Below, one piece after another: positions 53,165-63,099 of a stretch of 64,000 nucleotides of DNA. Source of the DNA: an uncultured Clostridium sp. (GTDB taxonomy: Bacteria > Bacillota > Clostridia > Clostridiales > Clostridiaceae). Each line of letters opens with the position of its first letter. The first letter of the stretch is position 1. The DNA is taken from positions 106-64,105 of the forward strand of contig NZ_CAMTIG010000007.1 in NCBI RefSeq assembly GCF_947072515.1, given 5' to 3'. Made by a program: the position numbers and the translations under genes. The notes under the pieces were generated by a model, which was not told where the DNA came from, ran no database searches, and saw only the letters and a list, made by a program, of their open reading frames with translations.

Positions 53165-54196
53165 TTAAAAAATATAATAATTAATATCATCATATAAAAC
53201 CTTTAAACTAACTGCTATCGGTATTATAAAAATCATTCCAATTATTCCACCTAACTTCTCTCCTAAAATCAAGAGGATTATTATTAACATTGGATGTAAA
53301 TCTGTACTATCCGCAGTAATTTTAGGTGCAATTAAATTCCCTTCTATTTGTTGAACTATCAAAATCCCTATAATAGTCCAAATTGCTAATGTTGGTGATT
53401 GTATAAGTGCTAAAAACACCGCTGGTATCCCTCCAAGTATAGCTCCAAAATAGGGAACAATATTAAATATTCCATTTATCAATGCCAGCATTAATGGAAA
53501 TTTTATTCCTAATATACAAAAAGTTATAAATGATAATACTGTTGTTATTAAGCATAATGCTAATTGACTTATTATATATCTTTGTAAAAGCACATCTATG
53601 TCCTTTAAAATATTTTTTATAACCCCTCTACTTTTCATTGGTATTATAAGATAAAAGCTATTACTTATTTTTTCACCATCACTTAAAAAATAGTACGCTA
53701 TAACTGGAATTATTATGTATGATAAAATATTTTTTGAAAGCTCTAAAATAAAATCAAAGCTTTTATATGAAATACTTGATAAGAAGCTCCACACCTTTTC
53801 ACTTCCTTGTATGTATATTGTATTTATAACAGCATTGTTACTAAGTTTCAATCCTTCTTCAAACTCTTTAAAATAGAGATTAAACTTTTCAAAAATTTCA
53901 TTTATATCTCCAACTTCCTCAATAATATTAGGAATACTAACAACTATAAATATAGCAATTATTAAAGTTAAACTTAAAATTATACTAATACTTGCAATTT
54001 TTTTAGATAAATTAAATTTATTTACTAGTATATTTCTTAATGGCTTCAATACATATGCTATTATCCCAGATATTACGATTAAATTTATAATTTCTTCTAT
54101 TATTTGTACTTTTAAATATAAAAAAACAATTATAATTATTCCAATTATCATTAAAAAGCTTATTATAAATTTTTTATTCCATAGTTTTTCAAACAT
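53165..54196 (-). CDS. AI-2E family transporter (YrrI-like)
   Basis: Multi-TM; IAYVLKP, IAYYFL.DG, FNIVPYFG, QQIEGNLIAPKI, LHP. Confidence 0.9.
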   Translation of the reverse strand: MFEKLWNKKFIISFLMIIGIIIIVFLYLKVQIIEEIINLIVISGIIAYVLKPLRNILVNKFNLSKKIASISIILSLTLIIAIFIVVSIPNIIEEVGDINEIFEKFNLYFKEFEEGLKLSNNAVINTIYIQGSEKVWSFLSSISYKSFDFILELSKNILSYIIIPVIAYYFLSDGEKISNSFYLIIPMKSRGVIKNILKDIDVLLQRYIISQLALCLITTVLSFITFCILGIKFPLMLALINGIFNIVPYFGAILGGIPAVFLALIQSPTLAIWTIIGILIVQQIEGNLIAPKITADSTDLHPMLIIILLILGEKLGGIIGMIFIIPIAVSLKVLYDDINYYIF

Positions 54197-54198
54197 TA

Positions 54199-54678
54199 TT
54201 ATACCCTAATATCCTTTCTTACTATTTTTAGTTCTATATTTTCATTTCCTATATATATAATTGAATCTTCTCCTAAGACACAATCTTCTATTAATAAAAC
54301 TTTTTTCCCATTTATTATTTTATCAATAATCCCTGTCGATAAAATGATTCCACATATACTATTTTTTTCTCTATTTATTATTAAGTCTTCAAAAACCCCT
54401 AACATATGTCCTTGTAAATTCCAAATTTCTAATCCTTTTACTTCTTTAAAATAGAGCGAATCCCTCTTTTCATTTTCTTCAACTATTATATTTTCATCAA
54501 TTGATATTATTTTATCTATATTTATGAAATTCTTTTTTGATATGAAACTTGTAACTGATATTTTAAAGCCAATAAGATTTCCATTGAAAAAATCAATCGC
54601 TAAATCTTCTACTACTCCTAAATATTTCCCTTCTTTTGTATAAACTTTTTTCATATAAAAAAATTTAGTTCTTATCAT
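54199..54678 (-). CDS. Tandem PRC-barrel protein (YrrD-like)
   Basis: Two repeats V...EG..LG.V.DL.I....G.I.G. Confidence 0.8.
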   Translation of the reverse strand: MIRTKFFYMKKVYTKEGKYLGVVEDLAIDFFNGNLIGFKISVTSFISKKNFINIDKIISIDENIIVEENEKRDSLYFKEVKGLEIWNLQGHMLGVFEDLIINREKNSICGIILSTGIIDKIINGKKVLLIEDCVLGEDSIIYIGNENIELKIVRKDIRV

Positions 54679-54707
54679 ACTACATACTCCATTTCCATTA
54701 ATAGAGT

Positions 54708-54736
54708 TATTTTATCCAGTTTCCAAATTAATATAC
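54708..54736 (-). promoter_or_regulatory. Candidate forespore sigmaF/sigmaG promoter of the PRC-barrel/AI-2E pair
   Basis: GTATA-14 nt-GGATAAAATA; the -10 fits GGnnAnAHTR exactly and the spacer is one short of consensus. Confidence 0.55.
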
Positions 54737-54904
54737 TAAAACCTATTTTTACAAATTACAAAGTAGAGTAAAAATTTCATATTTAAATTTCTACTTTAAC
54801 TCGAATACTTTATTTCCAGGTAATTCTCATATCACTATCCCCCAAAAATTTTATATTTTCTATAAAAAAAGAAACCGGAATTATTCCAGTTTCTAATTTT
54901 TTAT

Positions 54905-55990
54905 TTATTTCGTACCGATTCCTTCTATAACTCCGCCACCAATTACTATTTCTTCATCGTAGAATACTACTGATTGCCCTTTAGTTATAGCTCTTTGCTC
55001 ATCTTCAAAAATAACTTTCACTTTACCTTCTGCTAATGGATATATAGTTGCTTTTGCAGGTTTTGCTGCATATCTTACCTTTGCTTGAACTTCCATAGGT
55101 TCTTCTAAGGTATCAAATGGAATAAAGTTCATATCTTTAGCCACAAGTGTTGTTCTAAAGATTTTATCTTCTGATCCTAAAATAACTCTATTTCTCTTAG
55201 CATCAATTCCCGTAACAAAAACAGGTTTTCCAAGTGCTAAACCAAGACCTTTCCTTTGCCCAATTGTATAATAAACTATTCCTTTATGTTTTCCTAAAAC
55301 ATTTCCTTTTTCATCAACGAAATCTCCTGGAATAACCTCTTCTGGTCTAGCTTCTTTTATATATCTTCCATGATTGTTATCATGAATAAAACAAATTTCT
55401 TCACTATCTTTTTTGTTATGAACTGCAAGACCTATCTCTTTAGCTATCTCTCTTATTTTATCCTTTGTGTACTCTCCACAAGGCATTAAAGTATGCGCTA
55501 ATTGATCCTGAGTAAAATTATATAAAGCATATGTTTGATCTTTTCTATCATCATCGGATCTTATTAAAAGATGTCTTCCATCTCTTTCTTCAATCTTTGC
55601 ATAATGTCCTGTTGCAACATATTCTGCTCCAATCCCTCTAGCTTTTTGTAATAATTCATCAAATTTCAAATATTTATTACAGGCTATACATGGGTTAGGA
55701 GTTTTTCCATCTATATATTCTTGAACAAAATAATCTATAACTTTCTCTTTAAATGATTTTCTAAAATTAAAAACATAAAAAGGTATATCTAATCTTTGCG
55801 CAACACGTCTAGCATCTTCAACAGCTGAAAGTGAACAACAACCACCTTCTCTTTCTTCAAATTCAGTGTCTTCTTGCCATACTTGCATAGTTATACCTAT
55901 TACATCATATCCCTGTTCCTTTAAAAGGTAAGCAGCGACGGAGCTATCTACTCCGCCGCTCATACCTACAACTACTTTAGGTTTTGACAT
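54905..55990 (-). CDS. mnmA: tRNA 2-thiouridylase MnmA
   Basis: [57 protein letters not shown]. Start ATG 55990, 1 nt after the iscU stop. Confidence 0.97.
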   Translation of the reverse strand: MSKPKVVVGMSGGVDSSVAAYLLKEQGYDVIGITMQVWQEDTEFEEREGGCCSLSAVEDARRVAQRLDIPFYVFNFRKSFKEKVIDYFVQEYIDGKTPNPCIACNKYLKFDELLQKARGIGAEYVATGHYAKIEERDGRHLLIRSDDDRKDQTYALYNFTQDQLAHTLMPCGEYTKDKIREIAKEIGLAVHNKKDSEEICFIHDNNHGRYIKEARPEEVIPGDFVDEKGNVLGKHKGIVYYTIGQRKGLGLALGKPVFVTGIDAKRNRVILGSEDKIFRTTLVAKDMNFIPFDTLEEPMEVQAKVRYAAKPAKATIYPLAEGKVKVIFEDEQRAITKGQSVVFYDEEIVIGGGVIEGIGTK

Positions 55991-55991
55991 A

Positions 55992-56429
55992 CTATTCATC
56001 CCCATGAACGTGGTCGTGTAATGCATCATGATCTGTTTCTTCGAAATCCCAAGCTCCAAGTCCTGCTTTTTCTCTATAATCATTAATTGCTTTGTGTATT
56101 GCTTCTTCAGCTAAAACTGAACAGTGCATTTTTACTGGTGGAAGACCATCTAAAGCTTCCGCAACTGCTTTATTGCTTAAATCCCAAGCTTCTTCAAGTG
56201 ATTTTCCTATAATCATTTCAGTAGCCATTGATGATGATGCAATTGCTGATCCACATCCAAATGTTTCGAATTTAGCATCTTTAACAATATTATCTTCTAT
56301 TTTTAAGTAAACTCTCATAATGTCTCCACATTTAGCGTTTCCAACTTCTCCAACACCATCTGCATTTTCAATACATCCTACATTTCTTGGATTTCTAAAG
56401 TGATCCATAACTTTATCTGTATATATCAT
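55992..56429 (-). CDS. iscU: Fe-S scaffold IscU/NifU
   Basis: [39 protein letters not shown]. Confidence 0.96.
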   Translation of the reverse strand: MIYTDKVMDHFRNPRNVGCIENADGVGEVGNAKCGDIMRVYLKIEDNIVKDAKFETFGCGSAIASSSMATEMIIGKSLEEAWDLSNKAVAEALDGLPPVKMHCSVLAEEAIHKAINDYREKAGLGAWDFEETDHDALHDHVHGDE

Positions 56430-56465
56430 AACTTTTATCTCCTTTTGACTTACTTTTTTTTTAAA

Positions 56466-57647
56466 TTATTTATTTTCGTTGTTTATAAAATCTCTCCATA
56501 ATGGTGACATACTTCTTAATCTTTCAATGATTGGTGGTAATGTCTGAATTACATAATCAACATCTTCTTCTGTTGTTCCGTCTCCTAATGTTAATCTTAA
56601 TGATCCATGAGCTTTTTCATGTGGAAGTCCTATTGCTAAAAGCACATGTGATGGATCTAATGATCCTGATGTACAAGCACTACCACTTGAAGCACAAACT
56701 CCTTCAAAATCTAATGAAAGTAGTATCGATTCACCTTCAATAAATTCAAACGAAATATTTACGTTTGCTGGAAGTCTCTTATCTCCTCTTGGCCCATTTA
56801 ATCTTGAGTATGGTATTTCTAAAATTCCATCTATTAATTTATCTCTAAGCTTTGACATTGTTTCTATATGCTCATCTAAGTTTGAAGTTGCTAATTCAAT
56901 AGCTTTTCCAATCCCAACTATTCCAGCAATATTTTCTGTTCCCGCTCTTCTATTTCTTTCTTGTCCTCCACCATGAATTAAATTGTGAATTCTAACACCT
57001 TTTTTGATGTATAAAGCTCCAATTCCTTTTGGTGCATATATTTTATGACCTGCTAAAGATAAAAGATCAATATTCATATCTTTAACGTCTATTTTTACAT
57101 TTCCAATAGCTTGAACTGCATCTGTATGGAATAATACTCCTCTTTCCTTACAAATCGCTCCAATCTCTTTAATAGGTTCAATTGTTCCAATTTCATTATT
57201 GGCAAACATTATACTTACTAAGATTGTTTTATCAGTAATTGCATTTCTTAAATCTTCTAAACTTATAAATCCTTCTTCATTTACATCTAAATATGTAACT
57301 TCATATCCATTTTTCTCTAGGTACTCACAAGTGTGTAATACTGCATGATGTTCAATTCTAGTAGTTATAATGTGATTTCCTTTATTTTTATATGCTGAAG
57401 CTATTCCTTTAATTGCCCAGTTATCTGCTTCTGAACCACCACCTGTAAAGTAAACTTCACTTACGTCACAATTTAAAGCCTTCGCTACTCTTTCTCTTCC
57501 ACTATCTACTGCCATTTTAGTTTCTCTTGATGGCCCATAAAATGATGATGGGTTTCCAAATTTTCCTGTAAAATATGGCATCATTTCTTCTAATACCTCT
57601 GGTTTAACATATGTTGTTGCAGCATAGTCCATATATACTGTTTTCAT
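56466..57647 (-). CDS. iscS: Cysteine desulfurase IscS/NifS
   Basis: [47 protein letters not shown]. Confidence 0.97.
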   Translation of the reverse strand: MKTVYMDYAATTYVKPEVLEEMMPYFTGKFGNPSSFYGPSRETKMAVDSGRERVAKALNCDVSEVYFTGGGSEADNWAIKGIASAYKNKGNHIITTRIEHHAVLHTCEYLEKNGYEVTYLDVNEEGFISLEDLRNAITDKTILVSIMFANNEIGTIEPIKEIGAICKERGVLFHTDAVQAIGNVKIDVKDMNIDLLSLAGHKIYAPKGIGALYIKKGVRIHNLIHGGGQERNRRAGTENIAGIVGIGKAIELATSNLDEHIETMSKLRDKLIDGILEIPYSRLNGPRGDKRLPANVNISFEFIEGESILLSLDFEGVCASSGSACTSGSLDPSHVLLAIGLPHEKAHGSLRLTLGDGTTEEDVDYVIQTLPPIIERLRSMSPLWRDFINNENK

Positions 57648-57648
57648 T

Positions 57649-58098
57649 TTACTTCACCTCTAATTTTAATTTATTAGCATTTTTTTCTTGAATTTCTTTA
57701 TAATCATTAACGATATCTTGAAGTGTAATTCCTTCCATAACTTCATCGATACTTTCTTTTATTTTTTTCCATAGCATTCTTGTAGCACAACAATCTACAT
57801 TATTGCATGCAACGCCGTCTATACAATCTGCTATTTCAATTGGACCTTCTAATACATACATAATATCTGAAACCTTTATATCTTTAGGTTCTTTATTTAA
57901 TACGTATCCACCTTGTGCTCCCCTTATACTTCTAATAAGTTTTGCTTTTCTAAGTGGACTAAATAATTGTTCTAAATAATATTCAGATATTTCTTGTCTT
58001 TTTGAAATTGTTTTAATGGAAACTGGAGCTTCACCGTAGTTTATAGCTAAGTCTACCATAGCTTTAACTCCATATCTTCCCTTTGTTGATAGTTTCAT
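57649..58098 (-). CDS. iscR: Rrf2-family Fe-S regulator IscR
   Basis: [23 protein letters not shown], Cys cluster [13 protein letters not shown]; first gene of the iscRSU-mnmA unit. Confidence 0.88.
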   Translation of the reverse strand: MKLSTKGRYGVKAMVDLAINYGEAPVSIKTISKRQEISEYYLEQLFSPLRKAKLIRSIRGAQGGYVLNKEPKDIKVSDIMYVLEGPIEIADCIDGVACNNVDCCATRMLWKKIKESIDEVMEGITLQDIVNDYKEIQEKNANKLKLEVK

Positions 58099-58142
58099 CT
58101 CGTCACCCCTTAAAGTAGAGTAAGTTACTACGATTTCTGTTT

Positions 58143-58173
58143 ATATCTTAGCAAATCACTCGGTTATTGTCAA
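58143..58173 (-). promoter_or_regulatory. SigmaA promoter of iscR with an overlapping IscR type-1-like box
   Basis: TTGACA-17 nt-TAAGAT with an extended TGn; ATAACCGAGTGATTTGCTAAGATAT (58167-58143) fits 19/25 positions of ATASYYGACTRWWWYAGTCRRSTAT. Confidence 0.65.
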
Positions 58174-58200
58174 TAATGTTATGTTAATAAACTTTTAATT

Positions 58201-59451
58201 TCATTTTATTTTTGTCCAATAGCTATCTATTGCATTTTCATATTTATTATTACCTTTTTCGTAATATCGTCTATCCTGTAGTTCTTTAGGTAAATATTCT
58301 TGTGTTATATAATTATTTTCATAATCATGAGGATATTTATATCCTCCTACTCCTAAATTTGCAGCTCCGCTATAATGACAATCTTTCAAATGATTAGGTA
58401 CATCCCCTACATTCATTTTTTCTAAATCCCTCATAGCTTTACTTATAGCTCTATATGCACTATTGGATTTAGGTAAGGTTGCTAAATATAAAACAAGTTC
58501 ACTCAAAATTATATTTGCCTCTGGAAATCCAACTTTTAATGCCAATTCTAATCCCGAATTAACAACAGTTAATGCCTGTGGATGTGCAAGCCCTATATCT
58601 TCTGCAGCTACCATCGCAATTCTTCTTGTTAATCCAATTAAATTACCGGTTTCTATAAGTCTTGCAAGATAATGCACACTAGCATCAGGATCGCTTCCTC
58701 TAATACTTTTATGTAATGCACTTAGAAGGTTATAATATTCATCTCCACTAGTGTCTCCTCGTAAATTAGACTGCCCTAAATTTTCCACTTCTTCTATTGT
58801 AACAGTTTTTTTTCTTGAGCCTTGTGAATTTATTAATAACTCTAAAATATTATAAGCTTTTCTATAATCTCCTTGAGAAATTTCTCCAATATAGTTTAAT
58901 GCTTCTCTCGTATACTCTACCTCTATATTTTCATCAATTAATTTTTTTAAAGATTTTTCTAAACCGCTCACAATATCATCAACTAACAGTGGCTTAAATC
59001 TAAAAATATTACATCTACTTATTATAGCTTTATGAATTGAAAAATAAGGATTTTCTGTAGTACTTGCTATAAGTGTTATTTTCCCATTTTCTATAAATTC
59101 TAATAAAGCCTGTTGTTGCTTTTTATTAAAATGTTGTATTTCATCTAAATAAATAACTACTCCATTATATCCCATAAGAGTGTTTAAACTTTCCGTTATT
59201 TCCTGTATATCTTTTATAGATGCTGTAGTAGCATTTAACTTATAAAACTTTTTATCCACATAATTTGCCATTATGTTAGCAAGTGTTGTTTTCCCAGTGC
59301 CTGGAGGCCCATATAATATACAGTTAGGAATAGTTTTATTTTTAATTAATTTATATAAAGGTTTATTTTCTCCTAGTATTTCTTTTTGACCTATAAAATC
59401 TTCTAATTTAGTCGGTCTCATTAATTCCGCTAAAGGCTTCATTTTTATCAC
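58201..59451 (-). CDS. rarA: Replication-associated recombination protein A (RarA/MgsA)
   Basis: PLAELMRP..LEDFIGQ, GPPGTGKTT, DEIQHFNKKQQ, STTENP, SALHKSIRGSD.DA, EDIG.A.P, VP.HL.D.H, Y.YPH. Confidence 0.95.
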   Translation of the reverse strand: MIKMKPLAELMRPTKLEDFIGQKEILGENKPLYKLIKNKTIPNCILYGPPGTGKTTLANIMANYVDKKFYKLNATTASIKDIQEITESLNTLMGYNGVVIYLDEIQHFNKKQQQALLEFIENGKITLIASTTENPYFSIHKAIISRCNIFRFKPLLVDDIVSGLEKSLKKLIDENIEVEYTREALNYIGEISQGDYRKAYNILELLINSQGSRKKTVTIEEVENLGQSNLRGDTSGDEYYNLLSALHKSIRGSDPDASVHYLARLIETGNLIGLTRRIAMVAAEDIGLAHPQALTVVNSGLELALKVGFPEANIILSELVLYLATLPKSNSAYRAISKAMRDLEKMNVGDVPNHLKDCHYSGAANLGVGGYKYPHDYENNYITQEYLPKELQDRRYYEKGNNKYENAIDSYWTKIK

Positions 59452-59610
59452 CTCACATTAATCCTAAAATATATTTTACCTTTATATTTCTCTCTATTCA
59501 AACTTTTTTTTACTAAATACTATTTATTTTAATATTTTTTTCAATTCTAGGACTCAAATTTATGATTAAATAGAAAAAACTACTTAAATATCATAAGGAG
59601 AATTCTACAA

Positions 59611-60897
59611 ATGAAAAAGTTTTATCTAATTATTATTTCTTTATTACTACTTATTGTTTCTTTTCTTTCTGGTTATTTTTTAAATTCTTATAAAGAAAAT
59701 ATTTCTTCTAAGTATAAATTACAAAATTTTAATACTTTTAAAGGAGAATATAATAAGGCTGATATTTTTGCTTTAAATAATAGTTCTAATACTAAAATTA
59801 AAGAGACGATAACACAAATTGAATCTGATGGTAATGTTTTATTAAATTCAAATTCTTATCCTACTGTTACTGATAAAACCTCTTTAATAGCTAAAGGGGA
59901 AACAAACCATGATTTTGCCGCAATGACTCCATATTTATTTAACGATCCTAGTTCTAAGACAGGCTATACTGTTAAAGATGGTGTAGATAATCCTGAAAGA
60001 TTAGATTCTTCAAAGTTTGATTCTCAAAGATTAGCTAAATTAGTTTCTAATTTAAATACATTATCCTTTTCATATGCTTTAACAGGAAATCAATCTTATG
60101 CAACAAAAGCTGTACAATTTCTAAAAGTTTGGTTTTTAAATCCCGCTACCAAAATGAATCCTAATATGAATTTTGGAGAATTTTTTGTTACCTCAACTGG
60201 TAAAACCTATACTTTCAATAATTCCAATATGATTTCAGCTATTCCTTTTATTCAAGTTGTAAATGATATATATTTACTTGAAGACTCGAATTCATTGTCT
60301 TCTTCTGATTTAGAAGGATTAAAAGATTGGTTCAATAGTTTTTCTGCTTGGCTTACTACTTCATCTAATTTAAGTTTTAACACTTTAAAAATTGATAATC
60401 ATGGTACTTGGCTTCAATCTGAGCTCTCTTTATTTAATGCTTTTGCTGGAAATAAAGAAAATACATTAAAATCTCTTACTTCAGTAGGTCCGGACGTTAT
60501 AACACCACAAATAAAAGATGGTGGGAAAATCCCATCTGCTTTAATTAGAACTAAATCTGTTGACTATACTGAATATAATTTAGAAGCTTTCATTACTCTT
60601 GCTGACATTGGTCAACAATTTTCTATTCCTATTTGGAACTATACCTCTATTTATGGCGGTAATATTAAATCTGCTATTACTTATTTAAATAATTATCTTT
60701 TAGGAAAGGATAATTGGCCTTATCAGAATATCTCTGGTAAAAATGTTCATGAGGAAGACAATGGTTCTTTTATTTCTTATTTAGCATTAGCATATAATTT
60801 TTATAAAGATCCTAGTTTCTTGAAAACTATAAATACTTATTCTAAGGATTCCACTGGTATTTCCTACTTAATTCTTGAATCACGATTAATAAATTAA
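59611..60897 (+). CDS. Exported alginate-lyase-family (PF05426, PL38-like) polysaccharide lyase
   Basis: Hydrophobic N-terminus; DKT, PY..DP, DG..NPE, Y..TG...YA.KA...LKVWF..PATKMNPN, L..WF....WL, DNHGTW, QI..GG..P....RT.S..Y..YNL.A, AI.YL..Y......WPYQ.I. Confidence 0.75.
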   Translation: MKKFYLIIISLLLLIVSFLSGYFLNSYKENISSKYKLQNFNTFKGEYNKADIFALNNSSNTKIKETITQIESDGNVLLNSNSYPTVTDKTSLIAKGETNHDFAAMTPYLFNDPSSKTGYTVKDGVDNPERLDSSKFDSQRLAKLVSNLNTLSFSYALTGNQSYATKAVQFLKVWFLNPATKMNPNMNFGEFFVTSTGKTYTFNNSNMISAIPFIQVVNDIYLLEDSNSLSSSDLEGLKDWFNSFSAWLTTSSNLSFNTLKIDNHGTWLQSELSLFNAFAGNKENTLKSLTSVGPDVITPQIKDGGKIPSALIRTKSVDYTEYNLEAFITLADIGQQFSIPIWNYTSIYGGNIKSAITYLNNYLLGKDNWPYQNISGKNVHEEDNGSFISYLALAYNFYKDPSFLKTINTYSKDSTGISYLILESRLIN

Positions 60898-60910
60898 AAT
60901 ATTTTCAAAT

Positions 60911-60944
60911 AAAAAAAGCTAGAAATTTACTTCTAGCTTTTTTA
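60911..60944. terminator. Bidirectional terminator between the lyase and the GNAT gene
   Basis: AAAAAAAGCTAGAA-N-TTCTAGCTTTTTT. Confidence 0.85.
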
Positions 60945-60947
60945 TAT

Positions 60948-61439
60948 TTAAAAAATTATTTTACTTCTTCTCTCCATTAGTACAACATCCATCCAGTCAC
61001 CATTTGGAAGTTTTGCTACTCTATCTCTTATTCCTATTGTTCTAAAGCCACATTTTTCATGAAGCCTCAAACTACCAAGATTGTCTCTCAGTATAACAGC
61101 TTGTATACTCCATATATCACATCTTTCCGTTTCTTTAACCAATCCATTTAAAAGTGCTCCACCAACACCCTTTCCCTTATAATCTCTATCTATGTATATG
61201 CTTAATTCCACGACTCCATTATAAGCTTCTCTTGGTGATATATGCCTTACTGCTGTCCACCCAATAACCTTTTCATCTTCGCATATTACTAATCTACATT
61301 TTTTCAAATAAATTTTATTCCAATATTCATAAGATGTTACTTCCTTTTGAAAAGTTGCTCCAGCTTTTATCCCATCAGCATAAATTTTTTCCATTTCGTT
61401 CCAATCGTTTTCTTCCATATCTCTAATATTGTACTTCAA
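60948..61439 (-). CDS. GNAT N-acetyltransferase, phosphinothricin/L-amino-acid acyltransferase (YncA/MnaT-like)
   Basis: IY.DGI...ATF, GW, Y.GVVELSIYI....KGKGVG..LL, N..SL.LHEKCGFR..G.R, W.DVVLMERRS; TTG start. Confidence 0.85.
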   Translation of the reverse strand: MKYNIRDMEENDWNEMEKIYADGIKAGATFQKEVTSYEYWNKIYLKKCRLVICEDEKVIGWTAVRHISPREAYNGVVELSIYIDRDYKGKGVGGALLNGLVKETERCDIWSIQAVILRDNLGSLRLHEKCGFRTIGIRDRVAKLPNGDWMDVVLMERRSKIIF

Positions 61440-61475
61440 CTTTCCACCTCTATCTTTCTCATTTGCTAAAAATCC

Positions 61476-61733
61476 CTATATTCTATAAAAGTAATTATTA
61501 TTCTTTAAAATAACTTCTAATACATCATCATCAACTTTTTTTAAAAAAGCATATGATAGACCACAATAACTTAATCCAAATATAGGTAATACTTTATTTT
61601 CTACTTTTATCAAACTTATTAAAAGAATTCCTCCACCTATAAGAGAATACAAAAAAATTTCGTCACCCTTAAGTTTTTTAAACTTCTTTTTTATTCTCAT
61701 AGGCGTAGGAAGCACTATTGCTTTTATTATCAT
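61476..61733 (-). CDS. Small hypothetical membrane protein
   Basis: 85 aa, GAGGT RBS, basic N-terminus, two short hydrophobic segments. Confidence 0.6.
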   Translation of the reverse strand: MIIKAIVLPTPMRIKKKFKKLKGDEIFLYSLIGGGILLISLIKVENKVLPIFGLSYCGLSYAFLKKVDDDVLEVILKNNNYFYRI

Positions 61734-61785
61734 AATAACCTCTATAAAATTGCTTATACCTTATTATATTATGCCTAATAAAACT

Positions 61786-62199
61786 TTATTCAACTTGACT
61801 TTCTAATCTTCTTATAATATCTAACATTTTATTTCCTTTAACTTCCATATTGCCTATTGCAACGATACAATTTATTGCATTTTCTGATAAATCCCACTTA
61901 TATGCTTTAAATTTTATTTTACTATATTTAGGTAAATACTCTTCAATATCTACTCCAAGTTCCTCAGCAATAGCTAAGTATTCCTCAAATAATTCATCTT
62001 CTGATAATTCACTTACATTGCAAGTCTCACTTATCAATTCATTAAGATAATCTATACTAAGCGAAAGATTAAATGCTGCCATATCTTCTCTCTTAGTTCC
62101 TTTACTCATATCTTTTATAACTTTAAAATCTGTGTTCTCAGTTATTATATTTTTAATTTCTTCTGTGTCTATAATCTTATCTCCAAATACTATATACAT
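61786..62199 (-). CDS. Acidic hypothetical protein
   Basis: ORF with normal leading-strand codon style and AGAGGA RBS before ATG 62199 (track start 62217); no recognised motif. Confidence 0.75.
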   Translation of the reverse strand: MYIVFGDKIIDTEEIKNIITENTDFKVIKDMSKGTKREDMAAFNLSLSIDYLNELISETCNVSELSEDELFEEYLAIAEELGVDIEEYLPKYSKIKFKAYKWDLSENAINCIVAIGNMEVKGNKMLDIIRRLESQVE

Positions 62200-62280
62200 C
62201 TTTTTTCCTCTTTTCATCTCTTATTATGTTTATTTTTTTTTATATCTTATACGATAAAAAAGGTGCAAATGATGCACCTT

Positions 62281-63099
62281 TTAAAATTTTCTAAATCTAT
62301 TATATCTCTTTTCTATTAAAGATTCCATATCTATATTATTTATTTTTTTCAATTCTTCTATTAAAGCTTTTTTTATGCTTAAAGCAGTTTTATTTGGATT
62401 CTTATGAGCGCCACCATTTGGCTCTTTCACTATAAAATCTATAATCTTATAACCCATTAGATCTTGTGCTGTAATCTTCATAATTTCAGCAGCTTCCTTC
62501 ACTCGGCTTCCATCTTTCCATAATATAGATGAAAATCCCTCTGGTGAAAGAATGGAATATATAGAATGCTCTAGCATCCCAACTGAATCAGCCACCGCTA
62601 ATCCAAGTGCACCTCCACTTCCACCTTCACCAGTTACCAATGATATAATAGGTGTTTTCAAGGTACTCATCTGAAAGAGATTATTAGCTATTGCTTGCCC
62701 TTGCCCTCTTTCCTCTGCCTCTATTCCACAAAAAGCTCCTGATGTATCTATTAAGCAAATTATCGGTCTATTAAACTTTTCTGCTTGCTTCATAAGTCTT
62801 AATGCTTTTCTATATCCTTCTGGCTTTGGCATACCGAAGTTTCTCTCTATATTCTCTTTTGTATTTTCTCCTTTGGTAATTGTAATAACAGTTACTGGAG
62901 TTCCATCTAACAATGCAATTCCACCTATTACTGCTTTATCATCACCAAAGTTTCTATCTCCATGGAATTGAATAAAGTCTTCAAATATATTATTTATATA
63001 AAATTCTCCCGTAGGTCTATCTTTATGTCTTGCTGCATTTACTTTATCCCATGGAGACATTGTTTTTATCAATCCTCTACTCATGTCTCTTACCTCCAT
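62281..63099 (-). CDS. accA: Acetyl-CoA carboxylase carboxyltransferase alpha
   Basis: AR...[60 protein letters not shown]. Confidence 0.96.
   Translation of the reverse strand: MEVRDMSRGLIKTMSPWDKVNAARHKDRPTGEFYINNIFEDFIQFHGDRNFGDDKAVIGGIALLDGTPVTVITITKGENTKENIERNFGMPKPEGYRKALRLMKQAEKFNRPIICLIDTSGAFCGIEAEERGQGQAIANNLFQMSTLKTPIISLVTGEGGSGGALGLAVADSVGMLEHSIYSILSPEGFSSILWKDGSRVKEAAEIMKITAQDLMGYKIIDFIVKEPNGGAHKNPNKTALSIKKALIEELKKINNIDMESLIEKRYNRFRKF

Noticed and set aside
54905-56083. Apparent N-terminal extensions on mnmA, remA, sigG, typA, sigK, pilT and the PBP in the ORF track
   Set aside because: Each has a better RBS-supported internal start giving the normal length. Only the sigE extension has RBS support.
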